From Phormidium sp. (GTDB lineage: Bacteria > Cyanobacteriota > Cyanobacteriia > Cyanobacteriales > Aerosakkonemataceae), in assembly GCA_051013385.1 (NCBI GenBank), contig CP143273.1, forward strand, positions 1,792,001 through 1,856,000: 64,000 bases of DNA, read 5' to 3'. Below the pieces are notes generated by a model. That model did not search any database and was not told the origin of the DNA. It saw nothing but the letters and a program-made list of their open reading frames with translations. Positions 29,468 through 40,160 of the stretch are shown here, piece by piece (position 1 is the stretch's first letter; every line of letters begins with the position of its first letter). The translations under genes and the position numbers were made by a program.

Positions 29468-29540
29468 GCCCCCATCGTCTAGAGGCCTAGGACACCTCCC
29501 TTTCACGGAGGCGACGGGGATTCGAATTCCCCTGGGGGTA
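29468..29540 (+). tRNA. trnE: tRNA-Glu (TTC)
   Basis: GCCCCCATCGTCTAGAGGCCTAGGACACCTCCCTTTCACGGAGGCGACGGGGATTCGAATTCCCCTGGGGGTA folds as a cloverleaf with anticodon TTC; CCA is not encoded. Confidence 0.97.
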
Positions 29541-29654
29541 TCCCAAAGAAAAGAAGATAATAGAGAAGGCGAAAGAAAAACAATTTCTGATCGCCTTTTG
29601 TGTATTTTAGGGGAAAATTCCCGAAGAGGAAAGGAATAATCCCCGGCTTAACCC

Positions 29655-31343
29655 TTACTTTTCCGCCAATTTATCCAGCTTTTCTCGGACTGTTAAATTG
29701 AATAGAGAGCGTACCAAGAACAACAAGCATAACCCGGATAAAGCAAAAGCGATCGGAGCAAAAGCACGATACTCTCCCAAAAGTAACACAGCACCACCCA
29801 GCAGGGTAAACCCAGTTAAACAGGCGTAAATTAGAGTTTTAATCGCTAGATGAATGCGTTTGAGAATGCGATCGCTAGCCTCAGACTTACTCCGAAATTG
29901 TAACTCACCACTAGCAATTCTTTCCTCCCAACGTTGCAGCGCCAGTTCCGTTTTACTAGGTTGCTTTAACCTATATTTAATATAATCTCGCGTTTGTCTG
30001 GCTAATTCCCCAACACTATTAATTCGTCCTCTAGATAAAGTAAGACTTCTGACAAAAGGTTGAGCCGCAGCGACTAAACTATACTGGGGATCGAGAGTTC
30101 TCGCAACTCCATCCAAAGTAGTTAAAGACTTTAAAATATAAGTCATTTGTGCAGGTAATCGGAAAGGTTGTTGCTCAAACATTACATACAATTCTTGGCG
30201 AATTTCCCCAAAAGCTTGGAAATCGATCGGCTTTTCCGTAAACTTATCTAATAAAAAAGTAATCAATCGCTTCACCGGAGTCATATCAGCCACAGGCTCA
30301 ATTAAACCCATATTAACTAAGCTGTCTAACACCGTAATCGTATCCTTTCTTAAAACAGCAAAAAAAGTCTTCAGCATTTGATCTTTTGCCAAAGACTTAA
30401 CTTCTGCCATCATCCCAAAATCATAAAATATAATTCTCCCTTCCAAGCTAACAGCCATATTACCCGGATGGGGATCGGCTTGAAAAAAACCATCAATTAA
30501 TAATTGTTGCAAGTAACAACAAATACCGATTTGATTAATTTTTTTCAAATTTAACCCACAAGTTTCCAAAGTTTTCTTGTCATCTATCTTAATTCCGGGA
30601 GCATATTCTAAAGTTAACACCTTGGTTGTAGTGTATTCCCAATATACTTTCGGCACCCAGATATCAGCATTATTTTGAAAATTTTCCCGAAATCGATCGG
30701 CGTTTTTACCCTCTTGAATGTAATCAATTTCTTGATATAAAAGATTAAAAAATTCATTATAAATAGCTGCTAAATCATACTTAATTGTCCAGGGTAAATA
30801 TCGCTGACAAAAATGTACTAATTGACGGAGAATTTTAAAATCTAATTTCAATAAATTTTCTAATCCCGGACGTTGAACTTTAACAACTACCTCTTCTCCC
30901 GTGTGTAACCAAGCGCGATGTACTTGACCCAAACTAGCAGCTGCGATCGGACAAAGTTGAAAATCACGATATAACACATAAATAGGCTTACCCAATTCCG
31001 ATTCGACTACGGAAATAGCTTCTTGGGCTGTAATTTGGGGAACCTTATCTTGCAATTCCGATAAAGCTTTAACATACTCTAAAGGTAACAAATCCGCACG
31101 GGTAGATAACGCCTGTCCAATTTTAATAAAAGTTGGCCCCAAATCCACTAAAGTTGTCTTTAACCACTCGGCCCGACGTTTTTTATGTAAAACAGAATTA
31201 TTGGGAAAAGTAGCATCGCACCACAAATAAAATATAAAAGTTATAGCTGCACTAAAAATATCGACTTGACGAGTCAGCTGAGAATATTTAGGTCTTTGCC
31301 AGCGGGACAGTTTTGGCGGATTTGGCGTAGCAGTTATAGCCAT
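29655..31343 (-). CDS. AarF/ABC1/UbiB family kinase
   Basis: LGPTFIKIGQALSTRADLLP, AAASLGQVH, VVVKVQRP, FFQADPHPGN, YDFGM, two C-terminal TMs. ATG at 31343 is preferred over the TTG of the track. Confidence 0.93.
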   Translation of the reverse strand: MAITATPNPPKLSRWQRPKYSQLTRQVDIFSAAITFIFYLWCDATFPNNSVLHKKRRAEWLKTTLVDLGPTFIKIGQALSTRADLLPLEYVKALSELQDKVPQITAQEAISVVESELGKPIYVLYRDFQLCPIAAASLGQVHRAWLHTGEEVVVKVQRPGLENLLKLDFKILRQLVHFCQRYLPWTIKYDLAAIYNEFFNLLYQEIDYIQEGKNADRFRENFQNNADIWVPKVYWEYTTTKVLTLEYAPGIKIDDKKTLETCGLNLKKINQIGICCYLQQLLIDGFFQADPHPGNMAVSLEGRIIFYDFGMMAEVKSLAKDQMLKTFFAVLRKDTITVLDSLVNMGLIEPVADMTPVKRLITFLLDKFTEKPIDFQAFGEIRQELYVMFEQQPFRLPAQMTYILKSLTTLDGVARTLDPQYSLVAAAQPFVRSLTLSRGRINSVGELARQTRDYIKYRLKQPSKTELALQRWEERIASGELQFRSKSEASDRILKRIHLAIKTLIYACLTGFTLLGGAVLLLGEYRAFAPIAFALSGLCLLFLVRSLFNLTVREKLDKLAEK

Positions 31344-31514
31344 AGAATTTAGAATGAGGAATTCCAGATTGGATCTCAAAGATGATGAGAGTAGAAAAAC
31401 CCACTCAAAGCGAACCTACTCTGGTTTGAATCATGAAGATCACCAATCATCACATTAACTTATGGGCTGTAGATATTTCAATTAGTACAACACCATCAGA
31501 AAAGCAAAATTTGT

Positions 31515-32954
31515 TTATCCCCCCTGCATTTGCGGTAAAGTCAGGGTAAAGCAAGTTAACCATGACTGACTATCGCTCATCGGAGAGCTAGAAACAGTAA
31601 TTACCCCATTCAAATGTTCTACCAAACATTTGACCAAAGCTAATCCTAAACCAGTACCTTGAATTCCTTTTTGCATCACCCCCTCACCGCGACGGAACTT
31701 CTCGAAGATATATTCCTGTTCTGCTGGTGAGATGCTAGAACCAATATTCGAGAGTGACAAAACAATTTGTGGCACTTTTTGATTAGCTTCGTAAATAGCA
31801 CGCAACACAACTTTTGTATCTGGTTCGGAGTACTTACCTGCATTGGTGAGTAGTTCGGTGAGAATGCGGTTGACGCTATCAGCATCAGTATCTAAAACTA
31901 GCGATCGCTTTGGCAGATGCACCTCCATACTTAATCCTTTAACCGACCACTTCTCGGTAAAAGACTGCTCTAACCTTTCAATCATCTCCCTTATATCAAC
32001 TTTTTGTGGTTGCAGTTGAGATTTGTGCGACTCCAACTCTTGTAAAGTCAGCAAGTCATTGATCAAATTAATCTCTAAATTACACTGTTGCTCCAAAATA
32101 TCCAGATACCTTACCTGACGCTCTACAGGCAACCCGGGTTGACGTAACATACAAATTGCCATTCTCATGCTTGCCAAAGGGTTTCGCATTTGGTCACTCA
32201 TCGTACTGAGAAACTCATCTTTGAGCGCATTTAACCGACGTAACTGGTCAATTTGTTGGCGAGTCTTTTCATACAGTTTAGCCTGAACAGACAAACTCCA
32301 CTCTAACTGAGCCGTTCTTTCTTCCACCAAAGCTGAAGTTTGCCGCAATGTCTGAAACTGGAGAATAGCGATACTCAACTGGGCACTGACTAACTCTACC
32401 AATTCCAACTCCTCAGTTAGCCAAGCACGGGGTTGACGTTGCTGTAACGCCAAAAAACCCAACACTGTCCCCTGACTTTCTAAAGAAATCAACAGTAAGT
32501 TTGGCATACTGTCGAGGTCAAACACTGTGGCTACACACGCAGCGGAATCATTACAAGAAATGCAGCGTTTGTCGTTCAAAATTAACGGCTTGGGAGTATT
32601 TTGGTAAGCCATCTGACACAAATCACATTCCGATAGCCAAAAAGATGAGTTAATTGAACTTGGCGAGGGTTGATTTCCTTCCGAAGTAGGGGTTAGCCAT
32701 TCATAAATCACTGTGGCTTTAGCTCTCGGAATTGGCTTTTGGGAACGATTTTTTATCAGTGGATCTACGTATTTCAATAATAAGATTAGACTCCGCTCAA
32801 TCTGTAGAGTCCGTACTAGACCATCTACAGCTAACTTGAGAATTGGATCTAGTTCGGTACAACTACGGATGGCGATCGTTAACTGATTAAGCAAAGCTTG
32901 ATGCCTTGATGAGGTGTCAACTTGTTTATACAAATGAACTTGTGATATTGCCAT
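31515..32954 (-). CDS. GAF domain sensor histidine kinase-like protein
   Basis: GAF (LGFLALQQ..PRAW..EE.EL...V..QL.IA), HisKA-like KDEFLSTMSDQMRNPL, N-box ELLTNAGKYS, G2 GTGLGLAL. Confidence 0.88.
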   Translation of the reverse strand: MAISQVHLYKQVDTSSRHQALLNQLTIAIRSCTELDPILKLAVDGLVRTLQIERSLILLLKYVDPLIKNRSQKPIPRAKATVIYEWLTPTSEGNQPSPSSINSSFWLSECDLCQMAYQNTPKPLILNDKRCISCNDSAACVATVFDLDSMPNLLLISLESQGTVLGFLALQQRQPRAWLTEELELVELVSAQLSIAILQFQTLRQTSALVEERTAQLEWSLSVQAKLYEKTRQQIDQLRRLNALKDEFLSTMSDQMRNPLASMRMAICMLRQPGLPVERQVRYLDILEQQCNLEINLINDLLTLQELESHKSQLQPQKVDIREMIERLEQSFTEKWSVKGLSMEVHLPKRSLVLDTDADSVNRILTELLTNAGKYSEPDTKVVLRAIYEANQKVPQIVLSLSNIGSSISPAEQEYIFEKFRRGEGVMQKGIQGTGLGLALVKCLVEHLNGVITVSSSPMSDSQSWLTCFTLTLPQMQGG

Positions 32955-33363
32955 TGTTATTTAGTCCGACAAAGCTGAGAATTTTTGCGGTTTTTGATGC
33001 AGTCCCAAAAGCAACATTACCCTGTTAACATTTAAACTTGCTTTATGGTAAATAAGGTTACTTATAAGCAAGTTTGCTTTTGGGTACAAATGATAAATGT
33101 TCGGAAGTATTTGAGTACTGAAAACATTTATCCTCCGCTAACAATAATTTTTGGGAGAGTTTTTCCATCTAAGCCTGATTTGATATATATGTATTTTTGG
33201 CAGTATGTTATTTGCCTAATAAGTCAGACTTATAGACACTGCTTTCACAGAACCTCTATTACTGACACAACTGGCACTAGATTATCCTTTACGGACAAAA
33301 CTAGCATCCGTGTTTTCTCTAGAGATCAACTAAATTGAAGTACTAAGGACAAAAAATTCCTAC

Positions 33364-34275
33364 TTAACGCTGAGTTGAGCGCTTTTTTTGGGCTTCTTTC
33401 AAAGCTACTTCGCTACTTTGGCGATACAGCACCTTACGATTTTGCGCTAATTTGTAGCGAGCGTCATCAACTGGTACATTACTCATGTAATCCGAAGCCT
33501 TTTGCCAGTTAGCAGCTATTTCTAACCACTGCGCCGGAGTTTCGGCAACTTGACCTGCGGCGACAGCTTCTTCTGCTAGTTTCACCGCTATGCTAAAGGA
33601 ATCAGTGGGTTGGGATACACTGGTTTGCTGAACCACAGCTTTCGCCGTGTTGGCTGGTCTATTACCAGATGATAAGTTGGGCAAAGTGGGAAGAGAAGAA
33701 TCTAATTTTTTCGCCCTGGTTTGACTTGCTGGGCGAGTTATACTCTGATAAATCCACGAGCTAACTAATGACACTGATAAGCTCAATAATGCTCCGACGA
33801 TTATGCCTCGCCTCCATTGTTGCCGAGAACGTTCCACTGGAGTTAAAGAAGATTTTAGTGTCGGTTGCTTACCCAAACTAACTTTCTGCTCTGATAAAAT
33901 TTCTCCCCAGCCATCCCAGAAATGACGCTTGGGTAGTTTGATTTCCTCTACCCAGAGTAATTTATTCTCTGGATCGCGGTTAATTTCTTCTAACCAAATT
34001 AATTGCTGTTCTTGAATGATGCGACTATTAATTTTAGCTCGACGGATATTGCGGGGGCTAATGCTGGCTAATATTTCTTGAATTTGCGGCACTAAGGTTG
34101 ATTTTTCCAGTTTATCGGCCTTTTCAGCTTCACATAGCAATTGTAATAAGTCATTTTCTCGCACGGCTCTAGTTCTGACTCCAGTATCAGCCAGTTTGTC
34201 ATTAAGGAGTTGAATGATGGCCGCTACGCTTCCGCTTCTTGCTTGCTTAGCAACGTTTTCTCTCGGATTTACCAT
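33364..34275 (-). CDS. Hypothetical single-TM protein
   Basis: Conserved-looking N-terminus (ARSGSVAAIIQLLN), central TM, helical C-terminus (AQW.EIA..WQKA). Confidence 0.75.
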   Translation of the reverse strand: MVNPRENVAKQARSGSVAAIIQLLNDKLADTGVRTRAVRENDLLQLLCEAEKADKLEKSTLVPQIQEILASISPRNIRRAKINSRIIQEQQLIWLEEINRDPENKLLWVEEIKLPKRHFWDGWGEILSEQKVSLGKQPTLKSSLTPVERSRQQWRRGIIVGALLSLSVSLVSSWIYQSITRPASQTRAKKLDSSLPTLPNLSSGNRPANTAKAVVQQTSVSQPTDSFSIAVKLAEEAVAAGQVAETPAQWLEIAANWQKASDYMSNVPVDDARYKLAQNRKVLYRQSSEVALKEAQKKRSTQR

Positions 34276-34466
34276 TTTCGGATCGGCAATTGTTAGCTAG
34301 TTGCTCATAACAGTTTGGTCAAATCATTAGTTTAGAGTAGCAGTTACACAAGTAGACGCAAATAGACTTAACTGAAATAATGGCAAGATTAACACAAAAG
34401 TTACTCTTTATTCGCGATAAATTATGCTTGACTGGGAAACAAACAAAGCTAAAGGGGTGGCAACTC

Positions 34467-35204
34467 ATGGGTAAAATTGTGGAAGTACTTACTTATAGGG
34501 CCGATTTAATTTCCCGATCGCTGGGTCTAGTCAGCGAAAAAATTACCGAAGCGATCGCACTACGCGGAATTTGTACCATTGCCCTTTCCGGCGGCAGTAC
34601 ACCCAAAGCACTTTATGAAGCGATCGCCACCCAAAACCTCCCTTGGGAAAAAATTCATGTATTTTGGGGCGACGAACGCTACGTCCCACCAGACCATCCC
34701 GACAGCAATCAAAAAATGGCTAGGCAAGCTTGGCTAGATCGAGTAAACATACCCAGCAGCAATATTCATCCCATGCCCACCGCAGCCGACAATCCCGCAG
34801 CGGACGCAGGGCAACACGAAACCGAATTACAAGAATTCTTTTCCTCTTCAGTTGGGGAGTTGCCAATTTTTGATATTGTTTTATTAGGAATGGGAGATGA
34901 TGGGCATACTGCTTCTTTGTTTCCCCACACAGAGGCACTGCAAGTAAGCGATCGTTTAGTTACCGTAGGCAACAAAGACGGACAACCCCGCTTAACCTTT
35001 ACAGTACCTTTAATCAACAACGCTCGTAATGTGGTATTTATTGTTGCGGGTGCAAATAAACAGGCTGCCCTAGCTGAGGTTTTTGCTCCAGAAGCCGACG
35101 CGATGACCTATCCTGCCCGACTAATTCAACCTCAAGGACAACTTTGGTGGTTATTAGATGAATCAGCAGCCAAAAATCTAAATTTAGTTACCTCAGAACC
35201 ATAA
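34467..35204 (+). CDS. pgl: 6-phosphogluconolactonase
   Basis: ALSGGSTP, FWGDERYVPPDHPDSN, LLGMGDDGHTASLFP. ATG at 34467 is preferred. Confidence 0.95.
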   Translation: MGKIVEVLTYRADLISRSLGLVSEKITEAIALRGICTIALSGGSTPKALYEAIATQNLPWEKIHVFWGDERYVPPDHPDSNQKMARQAWLDRVNIPSSNIHPMPTAADNPAADAGQHETELQEFFSSSVGELPIFDIVLLGMGDDGHTASLFPHTEALQVSDRLVTVGNKDGQPRLTFTVPLINNARNVVFIVAGANKQAALAEVFAPEADAMTYPARLIQPQGQLWWLLDESAAKNLNLVTSEP

Positions 35205-35286
35205 TAAAATTTATTTAGGAGAGCAAACTAACTAAACCTAAATTCCCCGAAATCCCCTTGACAATGACCTCTAGGTAAAAAACTTC

Positions 35287-36060
35287 ATGATTGTTTGTCC
35301 GAACTGCAATCACCAAAATCCTGATGGCGCAGTACAATGCGAAGCCTGCTACACCCCCTTACCCGCGACTACTAGTTGCCCCAACTGTGGTGCGCCAGTA
35401 CAAACTGATGCTAGTTTCTGTGGTCAGTGCGGTTTTAGTCTCCAGAATAAAGCAGAAGCAGAAGCAGAAGCAGAAGCAGGAGCAGAACCACAAACAGCGG
35501 CACCCGCTACAGTGGCAATGACTCCCTCAGCGCCACCTGTAATGCCTTCTTTACCAGCACCAGATCCCTTAGTGGAACCAGAGCCCTTGGTTGTCGGTTC
35601 TTCAGCCGAGCCCGAAAATTTGAGTGTTCCATCAACTGTACCCCCATCCCCGGCACCTGTAACCCCAGTGATGGCATCCGGTAACAGTGCCACACCAAAT
35701 CAAGGAACCATTGCTCCGACAAGGATTCAGCAACAAAAAGCTCTGCTCAATCACGTCCAAACTAAAACGAATATTGAATTACCACAAAATTTATCAATTA
35801 TTCATTTGGGAAAACCTAATGAGCAAATTCCCCCAGATATCGACGTTTCTGGATTTCCCAATTCTGAGGTAGTTTCCAGAGTCCACGCAGATATTCGAGT
35901 TGAGGGAGATGCCTACTATATTGAAGATGTGGGAAGCTCTAACGGAACATACATTAACCATACGCCGTTGCCAAAGGGTAATCGACATCGATTGCGTTCT
36001 GGCGATCGCATTTCCCTGGGTAAGGGAGATCTTGTAACATTCTTATTTCAGCTTTCCTAG
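35287..36060 (+). CDS. fraH: Double zinc ribbon + Pro-rich linker + FHA protein (FraH-like)
   Basis: MIVCPNCNHQNPDGAVQCEAC...CPNCG...FCGQCG; FHA VSRVHA...DVGSSNGTYIN. Same architecture as Anabaena FraH. Confidence 0.75.
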   Translation: MIVCPNCNHQNPDGAVQCEACYTPLPATTSCPNCGAPVQTDASFCGQCGFSLQNKAEAEAEAEAGAEPQTAAPATVAMTPSAPPVMPSLPAPDPLVEPEPLVVGSSAEPENLSVPSTVPPSPAPVTPVMASGNSATPNQGTIAPTRIQQQKALLNHVQTKTNIELPQNLSIIHLGKPNEQIPPDIDVSGFPNSEVVSRVHADIRVEGDAYYIEDVGSSNGTYINHTPLPKGNRHRLRSGDRISLGKGDLVTFLFQLS

Positions 36061-36090
36061 TCGATTTGACCCAGAGTTGACACTACCAAT

Positions 36091-36531
36091 GTGATTACAC
36101 TAAACCTACTACATCCGCTTCAGTCGATTCCCATTCAAAGCTGGACTTTTGAAGCAGAATCGCTGATTCGGATCGGACGTGCCACCGATAACGATGTGAT
36201 TCTTTATAGCGCCGTAGTCTCCCGCTATCATGTGGAACTGCGTCGTCAAGGTTCCAATTGGGAAGTAATTAATTTGGGTGCTAATGGCACATACTTAGAG
36301 GGTAAACGCATCACTGAAGCACCGATTAAAGATGGAGTGATGATTCGATTAGCTCGTTCCGGGCCCCAAATCCAAATCCATCTGGGAAGTTCTGGTACGA
36401 AAGAAGCACAAAAGACGACCTCGCAAAAACCAGTATCAGGAGAAGCGAAGCCGGGAGAAAAGTCCAGAGATACTTTAATTTATCCCAAAGGTGAACAACA
36501 AAAAGAAGACAGCACCCAATTAGATTATTAA
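36091..36531 (+). CDS. FHA domain protein
   Basis: IRIGRATDNDV, VSRYH, GANGTY. Confidence 0.9.
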   Translation: MITLNLLHPLQSIPIQSWTFEAESLIRIGRATDNDVILYSAVVSRYHVELRRQGSNWEVINLGANGTYLEGKRITEAPIKDGVMIRLARSGPQIQIHLGSSGTKEAQKTTSQKPVSGEAKPGEKSRDTLIYPKGEQQKEDSTQLDY

Positions 36532-36610
36532 CTCAAGTTGCTAGCTATGCAAAATGTAATAAGCTGATTTAATGTGGTGATGTGGTAATCATCACATCAT
36601 TTTTATCTCC

Positions 36611-38722
36611 ATGCAGCTTAACGGCGCAGCGCCTTACTCCCTGTCTCTCAAAAGTGCCATTGACTCTCATAACGTGACAGTCACTCTGGATACTCCTGTG
36701 ATTGATGTACTGCACCTAATGGCGCAGATGCGAAGTAGTTGTCCAGTAGATACTGCGGCACGATCAAAAGAAATAGATGTGAGTTCGCCACAGGCTTTTA
36801 AAAGAGCTAGTTGTGCTTTGGTGATGAAAGACTCTGAGTTAGTCGGAATATTCACCCAAAGGGATATTGTTAGGCTAACGGCGATCGGCATGAACTTCCA
36901 AGGGGTGAAAGTCGCTGAGGTGATGTCCAGTCCGGTAATTAAGCTGATCGAGTCAGATGCTCAAGATATTTTTACGGCTTTGTCAGTTTTTCGTCAACAT
37001 CGGATTCGCCACTTACCTGTTTTAAACTCCCAAGGTGAATTGATGGGACTGCTGACACCTAAGAGTATTCGCGCCTCCATGCAACCAGCTAATTTGTTGA
37101 CGCGGTTGTGGTCTGTGGAGGATGTGATGAACACTCAGGTGATTCGCGCACCCATGACTACATCGGTGTTGAATTTAGCTCAGTTGATGGCAGAGTACAA
37201 AGTAAGTTGTGTGGTAATTACCAGGGTTGAAGAGAACAAAACTTTAGAGATTGGTAATCCATTACGAAGTTACATCGTACCTATGGGAATTGTCACTGAA
37301 GGGGATATTGTCCAGTTTCAGGCGCTAGAACTGAATTTATCCCAAATGCAAGCCCATGAGGTGATGAGTTCGCCACTGTTTTGTTTAAATCCTTCCGATT
37401 CATTATGGATTGCTCATCAACAGATGCAGCAGAGTCATGTCCGGCGTTTGGTAGTCACAGGCGAGCAAGGGGAGTTGTTGGGTATTGTTTCCCAAACTAG
37501 CTTGTTGAAAGTTCTCGGCGCTACGGAAATGTATGGGGTGATTGAAGATTTACAGCGAGCGGTGGACGAACGGACGACGGAATTAAGAGAAGCTAATCAA
37601 AGATTGCAGAGGGAAATTTTTTCCAGGGCGTTAGCGGAAGTGGAATTGCAAAAGGCTCACGATCATTTGAAAAGGCAAGTTGAGGAACGAACTGCTGAGT
37701 TAAAAGCGGCTAATGAGTTGCTCAAACAAGATATTGCGAAACGGCAAAAGGTGGAAGCAGCTTTGCGCCGCAGAGAGGCAGAATTACAAGAACAAGCGGC
37801 TCAGTTAGCAGCTACTTTACATCAGTTGCGATCGACTCAAGCTTCCCTAATTCAAGCAGAAAAAATGTCTAGTTTGGGACAGTTAGTGGCGGGAATTGCT
37901 CACGAAATTAATAATCCGATTAGTTTTATTCATTGTAATTTGCCTTACGCTAGTCAGTATGCGCGAGATTTATTAGATCTGGTGCAACTTTATCAAAAGT
38001 ATTATCCGCTTCCAGTGCCAGAACTTCAAGTTCGGGCTGAGGAAATTGATTTGAATTTTGTGTTGGAAGATTTGCTAAAGTTACTTAGTTCGATGCAAAT
38101 TGGGGCGGAAAGAATTCGCCAGATTGTTTTGTCTTTGCGGAATTTCGCTTTGTTGGATCAAGCGGAAATGAAACCTGTGGATTTGCATGAGGGAATTGAT
38201 AGTACTTTATCTCTTCTGCAAAATCGGTTGAAGGGAACTCCAGAATATCCAGGGATTTTGGTGATTAAGGAGTATGGGGATTTACCTCTGGTGGAGTGTT
38301 ATCCAGGACAGCTAAATCAGGTGTTTATGAATGTGCTTAATAATGCGATCGATGCTTTGGAAAGATGCGATACTGGTCGGTGTTCTGCGCCTTGTATTCG
38401 CATTCGCACCGAGTTGATTGAGGCTGTGGCGGGGAATGCGCGAGCTCATCAATCTCGACAAAAATCTTCTCTTTGTATTGGTAAGTTTCCTTGGTTGGCA
38501 ATTCGGATTCTTGATAATGGCCCCGGTATGACTGAGGATGTTAGACGTAAACTCTTCGATCCTTTTTTTACCACTAAACCAGTAGGTAAAGGGACTGGGT
38601 TAGGATTATCAATTAGTTATCAGATTGTAGTAGAAAAACACGGTGGTCAATTCAAGTGTATTTCCGCACTGGGACAAGGTACAGAAGTGGTGATTGAAAT
38701 TCCTATTAGGCAGAATAAATAA
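36611..38722 (+). CDS. CBS-domain sensor histidine kinase
   Basis: Four CBS repeats, coiled coil, GIAHEINNP, NQVFMNVLNNAIDA, DNGPG, FDPFFTTKPVGKGTGLGL. Confidence 0.93.
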   Translation: MQLNGAAPYSLSLKSAIDSHNVTVTLDTPVIDVLHLMAQMRSSCPVDTAARSKEIDVSSPQAFKRASCALVMKDSELVGIFTQRDIVRLTAIGMNFQGVKVAEVMSSPVIKLIESDAQDIFTALSVFRQHRIRHLPVLNSQGELMGLLTPKSIRASMQPANLLTRLWSVEDVMNTQVIRAPMTTSVLNLAQLMAEYKVSCVVITRVEENKTLEIGNPLRSYIVPMGIVTEGDIVQFQALELNLSQMQAHEVMSSPLFCLNPSDSLWIAHQQMQQSHVRRLVVTGEQGELLGIVSQTSLLKVLGATEMYGVIEDLQRAVDERTTELREANQRLQREIFSRALAEVELQKAHDHLKRQVEERTAELKAANELLKQDIAKRQKVEAALRRREAELQEQAAQLAATLHQLRSTQASLIQAEKMSSLGQLVAGIAHEINNPISFIHCNLPYASQYARDLLDLVQLYQKYYPLPVPELQVRAEEIDLNFVLEDLLKLLSSMQIGAERIRQIVLSLRNFALLDQAEMKPVDLHEGIDSTLSLLQNRLKGTPEYPGILVIKEYGDLPLVECYPGQLNQVFMNVLNNAIDALERCDTGRCSAPCIRIRTELIEAVAGNARAHQSRQKSSLCIGKFPWLAIRILDNGPGMTEDVRRKLFDPFFTTKPVGKGTGLGLSISYQIVVEKHGGQFKCISALGQGTEVVIEIPIRQNK

Positions 38723-38874
38723 TTGTAAGTATTGGGTTTACAGTTAGTTACATCGGAATTTGGTAACTGTACTATTGCGGGAATTGTCGAACCATTCTTT
38801 AATTGATATGCTGGACATAAGCGGCGCAATGTCGTAACAATTATACACATAAATATGTTCCCAATTTTATAGCT

Positions 38875-39282
38875 GTGATTACTTTAAATCTGTTACATCC
38901 TAGCCAGTCTACCCCGGTTCAAAGTTGGACTTTTGACGCTGAACCTGTAATTAAGATTGGTCGTTCCAAAGAGAATGATGTGGTGGTTCTTAGCTCTGTT
39001 GTCTCTCGGAAACATATTGAGCTAGTGCATAATGGTTCGGAATGGGAAATTGTTAGTTTAGGTTCCAATGGAACTTATGTCAACGATCGCCCGGTGAAAA
39101 AGACAAAGGTTAATGATGGCATGATTGTCCGTTTAGGAAATTCCGGGCCAAAAATTCAAATTCAATTAGAAGTTGGAGATGCTGATAAAGTTAGCAAGAA
39201 ATCGGAATCTCAGCGATCGTCTGGGAATGATTCAGACCCATCAAAAGATAAAATGACTTACTTAACTATTCCTCCAGAATAA
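38875..39282 (+). CDS. FHA domain protein (paralog of 36091-36531)
   Basis: IKIGRSKENDV, VSRKH, GSNGTY; N-terminus nearly identical to the first FHA protein. Confidence 0.9.
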   Translation: MITLNLLHPSQSTPVQSWTFDAEPVIKIGRSKENDVVVLSSVVSRKHIELVHNGSEWEIVSLGSNGTYVNDRPVKKTKVNDGMIVRLGNSGPKIQIQLEVGDADKVSKKSESQRSSGNDSDPSKDKMTYLTIPPE

Positions 39283-40043
39283 TCGCGAAGTAATGATTTT
39301 TCATAACTAATGCTGCATTCACAACTTCTGCCAAAATGTAGCATTACAGCGGAAGAAAGACCAGCCCATAAAGGTGTATCTACATTAGCTTTTCCTAATG
39401 CTTCAGCTGCCCAATTATTACAAGTTCTCAGTATTGAATAACTTCCATTCGCTGCATAAAATCCACTACTAGATAAGTGACCATTGGCTATTCTAATTGG
39501 CTGATTCTGCGAATTGAATTGAAAAGTATTCTGGATAAATTGCGTTAATTTTAAGTAATCGGTTTTAGTAACTTTGACGCATTTAAGTTCTCGATTTTGG
39601 GGAAGTTTGGCAAATCCTTGGACAAGAATTGTGGAAGGAGTAGGTAAAAACAGTGCTTTGACAGCAGTAATGATATTTAATTCTGCCAGGGTAGGAGTTT
39701 GAATATAAAAATCTCGATCGCCCCAACCAAAGGTAAGATATTTATAATTAGCTGTAGCATCTTTCCCAATTTCATAAATGTTAATAAATTCCCGCCAATC
39801 AACTAAGTTATTGCTAACCGGAAGGACAATATTTATGTGCATCCCATCATTAATAATGCAGATAGAAAAATCGCATTTTTCTTGGTTAATATTGCAGTTG
39901 ACTATTGGTGTAAAATAACCAATAGCTAACAAGGTAAGCAAGGAAAGTTTGCCCAATAGAGCATAGTAAAAAAACTTTTTTACTCGACACTGTTTATTTT
40001 GAGGTATTAATTTAGCCAGTAACTTTTTATTAAATATAGGCAT
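39258..40043 (-). CDS. DUF2459/TIGR02117-like protein
   Basis: H.NIVLPV, FGWGDRDFY, FY.A.GSYS...TCNNW. Confidence 0.8.
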   Translation of the reverse strand: MPIFNKKLLAKLIPQNKQCRVKKFFYYALLGKLSLLTLLAIGYFTPIVNCNINQEKCDFSICIINDGMHINIVLPVSNNLVDWREFINIYEIGKDATANYKYLTFGWGDRDFYIQTPTLAELNIITAVKALFLPTPSTILVQGFAKLPQNRELKCVKVTKTDYLKLTQFIQNTFQFNSQNQPIRIANGHLSSSGFYAANGSYSILRTCNNWAAEALGKANVDTPLWAGLSSAVMLHFGRSCECSISYEKSLLRDYSGGIVK

Positions 40044-40160
40044 GGTTAAGTAGATTAGCTAGAACTAGGGCATTGAATCTTTTTCAGGATAGAGTAAAAT
40101 TCAAGTATATTTTATCTATAATTTTCCAGCAAGGTTATTTAAGAAGTTAGGAGGTAATTT

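Noticed and set aside
29468..29540. tRNA-Glu as an integration site for an island
   Set aside because: No integrase nearby, no duplicated tRNA 3' end seen, and the flanking genes look chromosomal.
33045..33338. 97-aa plus-strand ORF between two minus-strand genes
   Set aside because: Atypical composition, no recognisable motif, and it lies in the probable promoter region of the GAF kinase.
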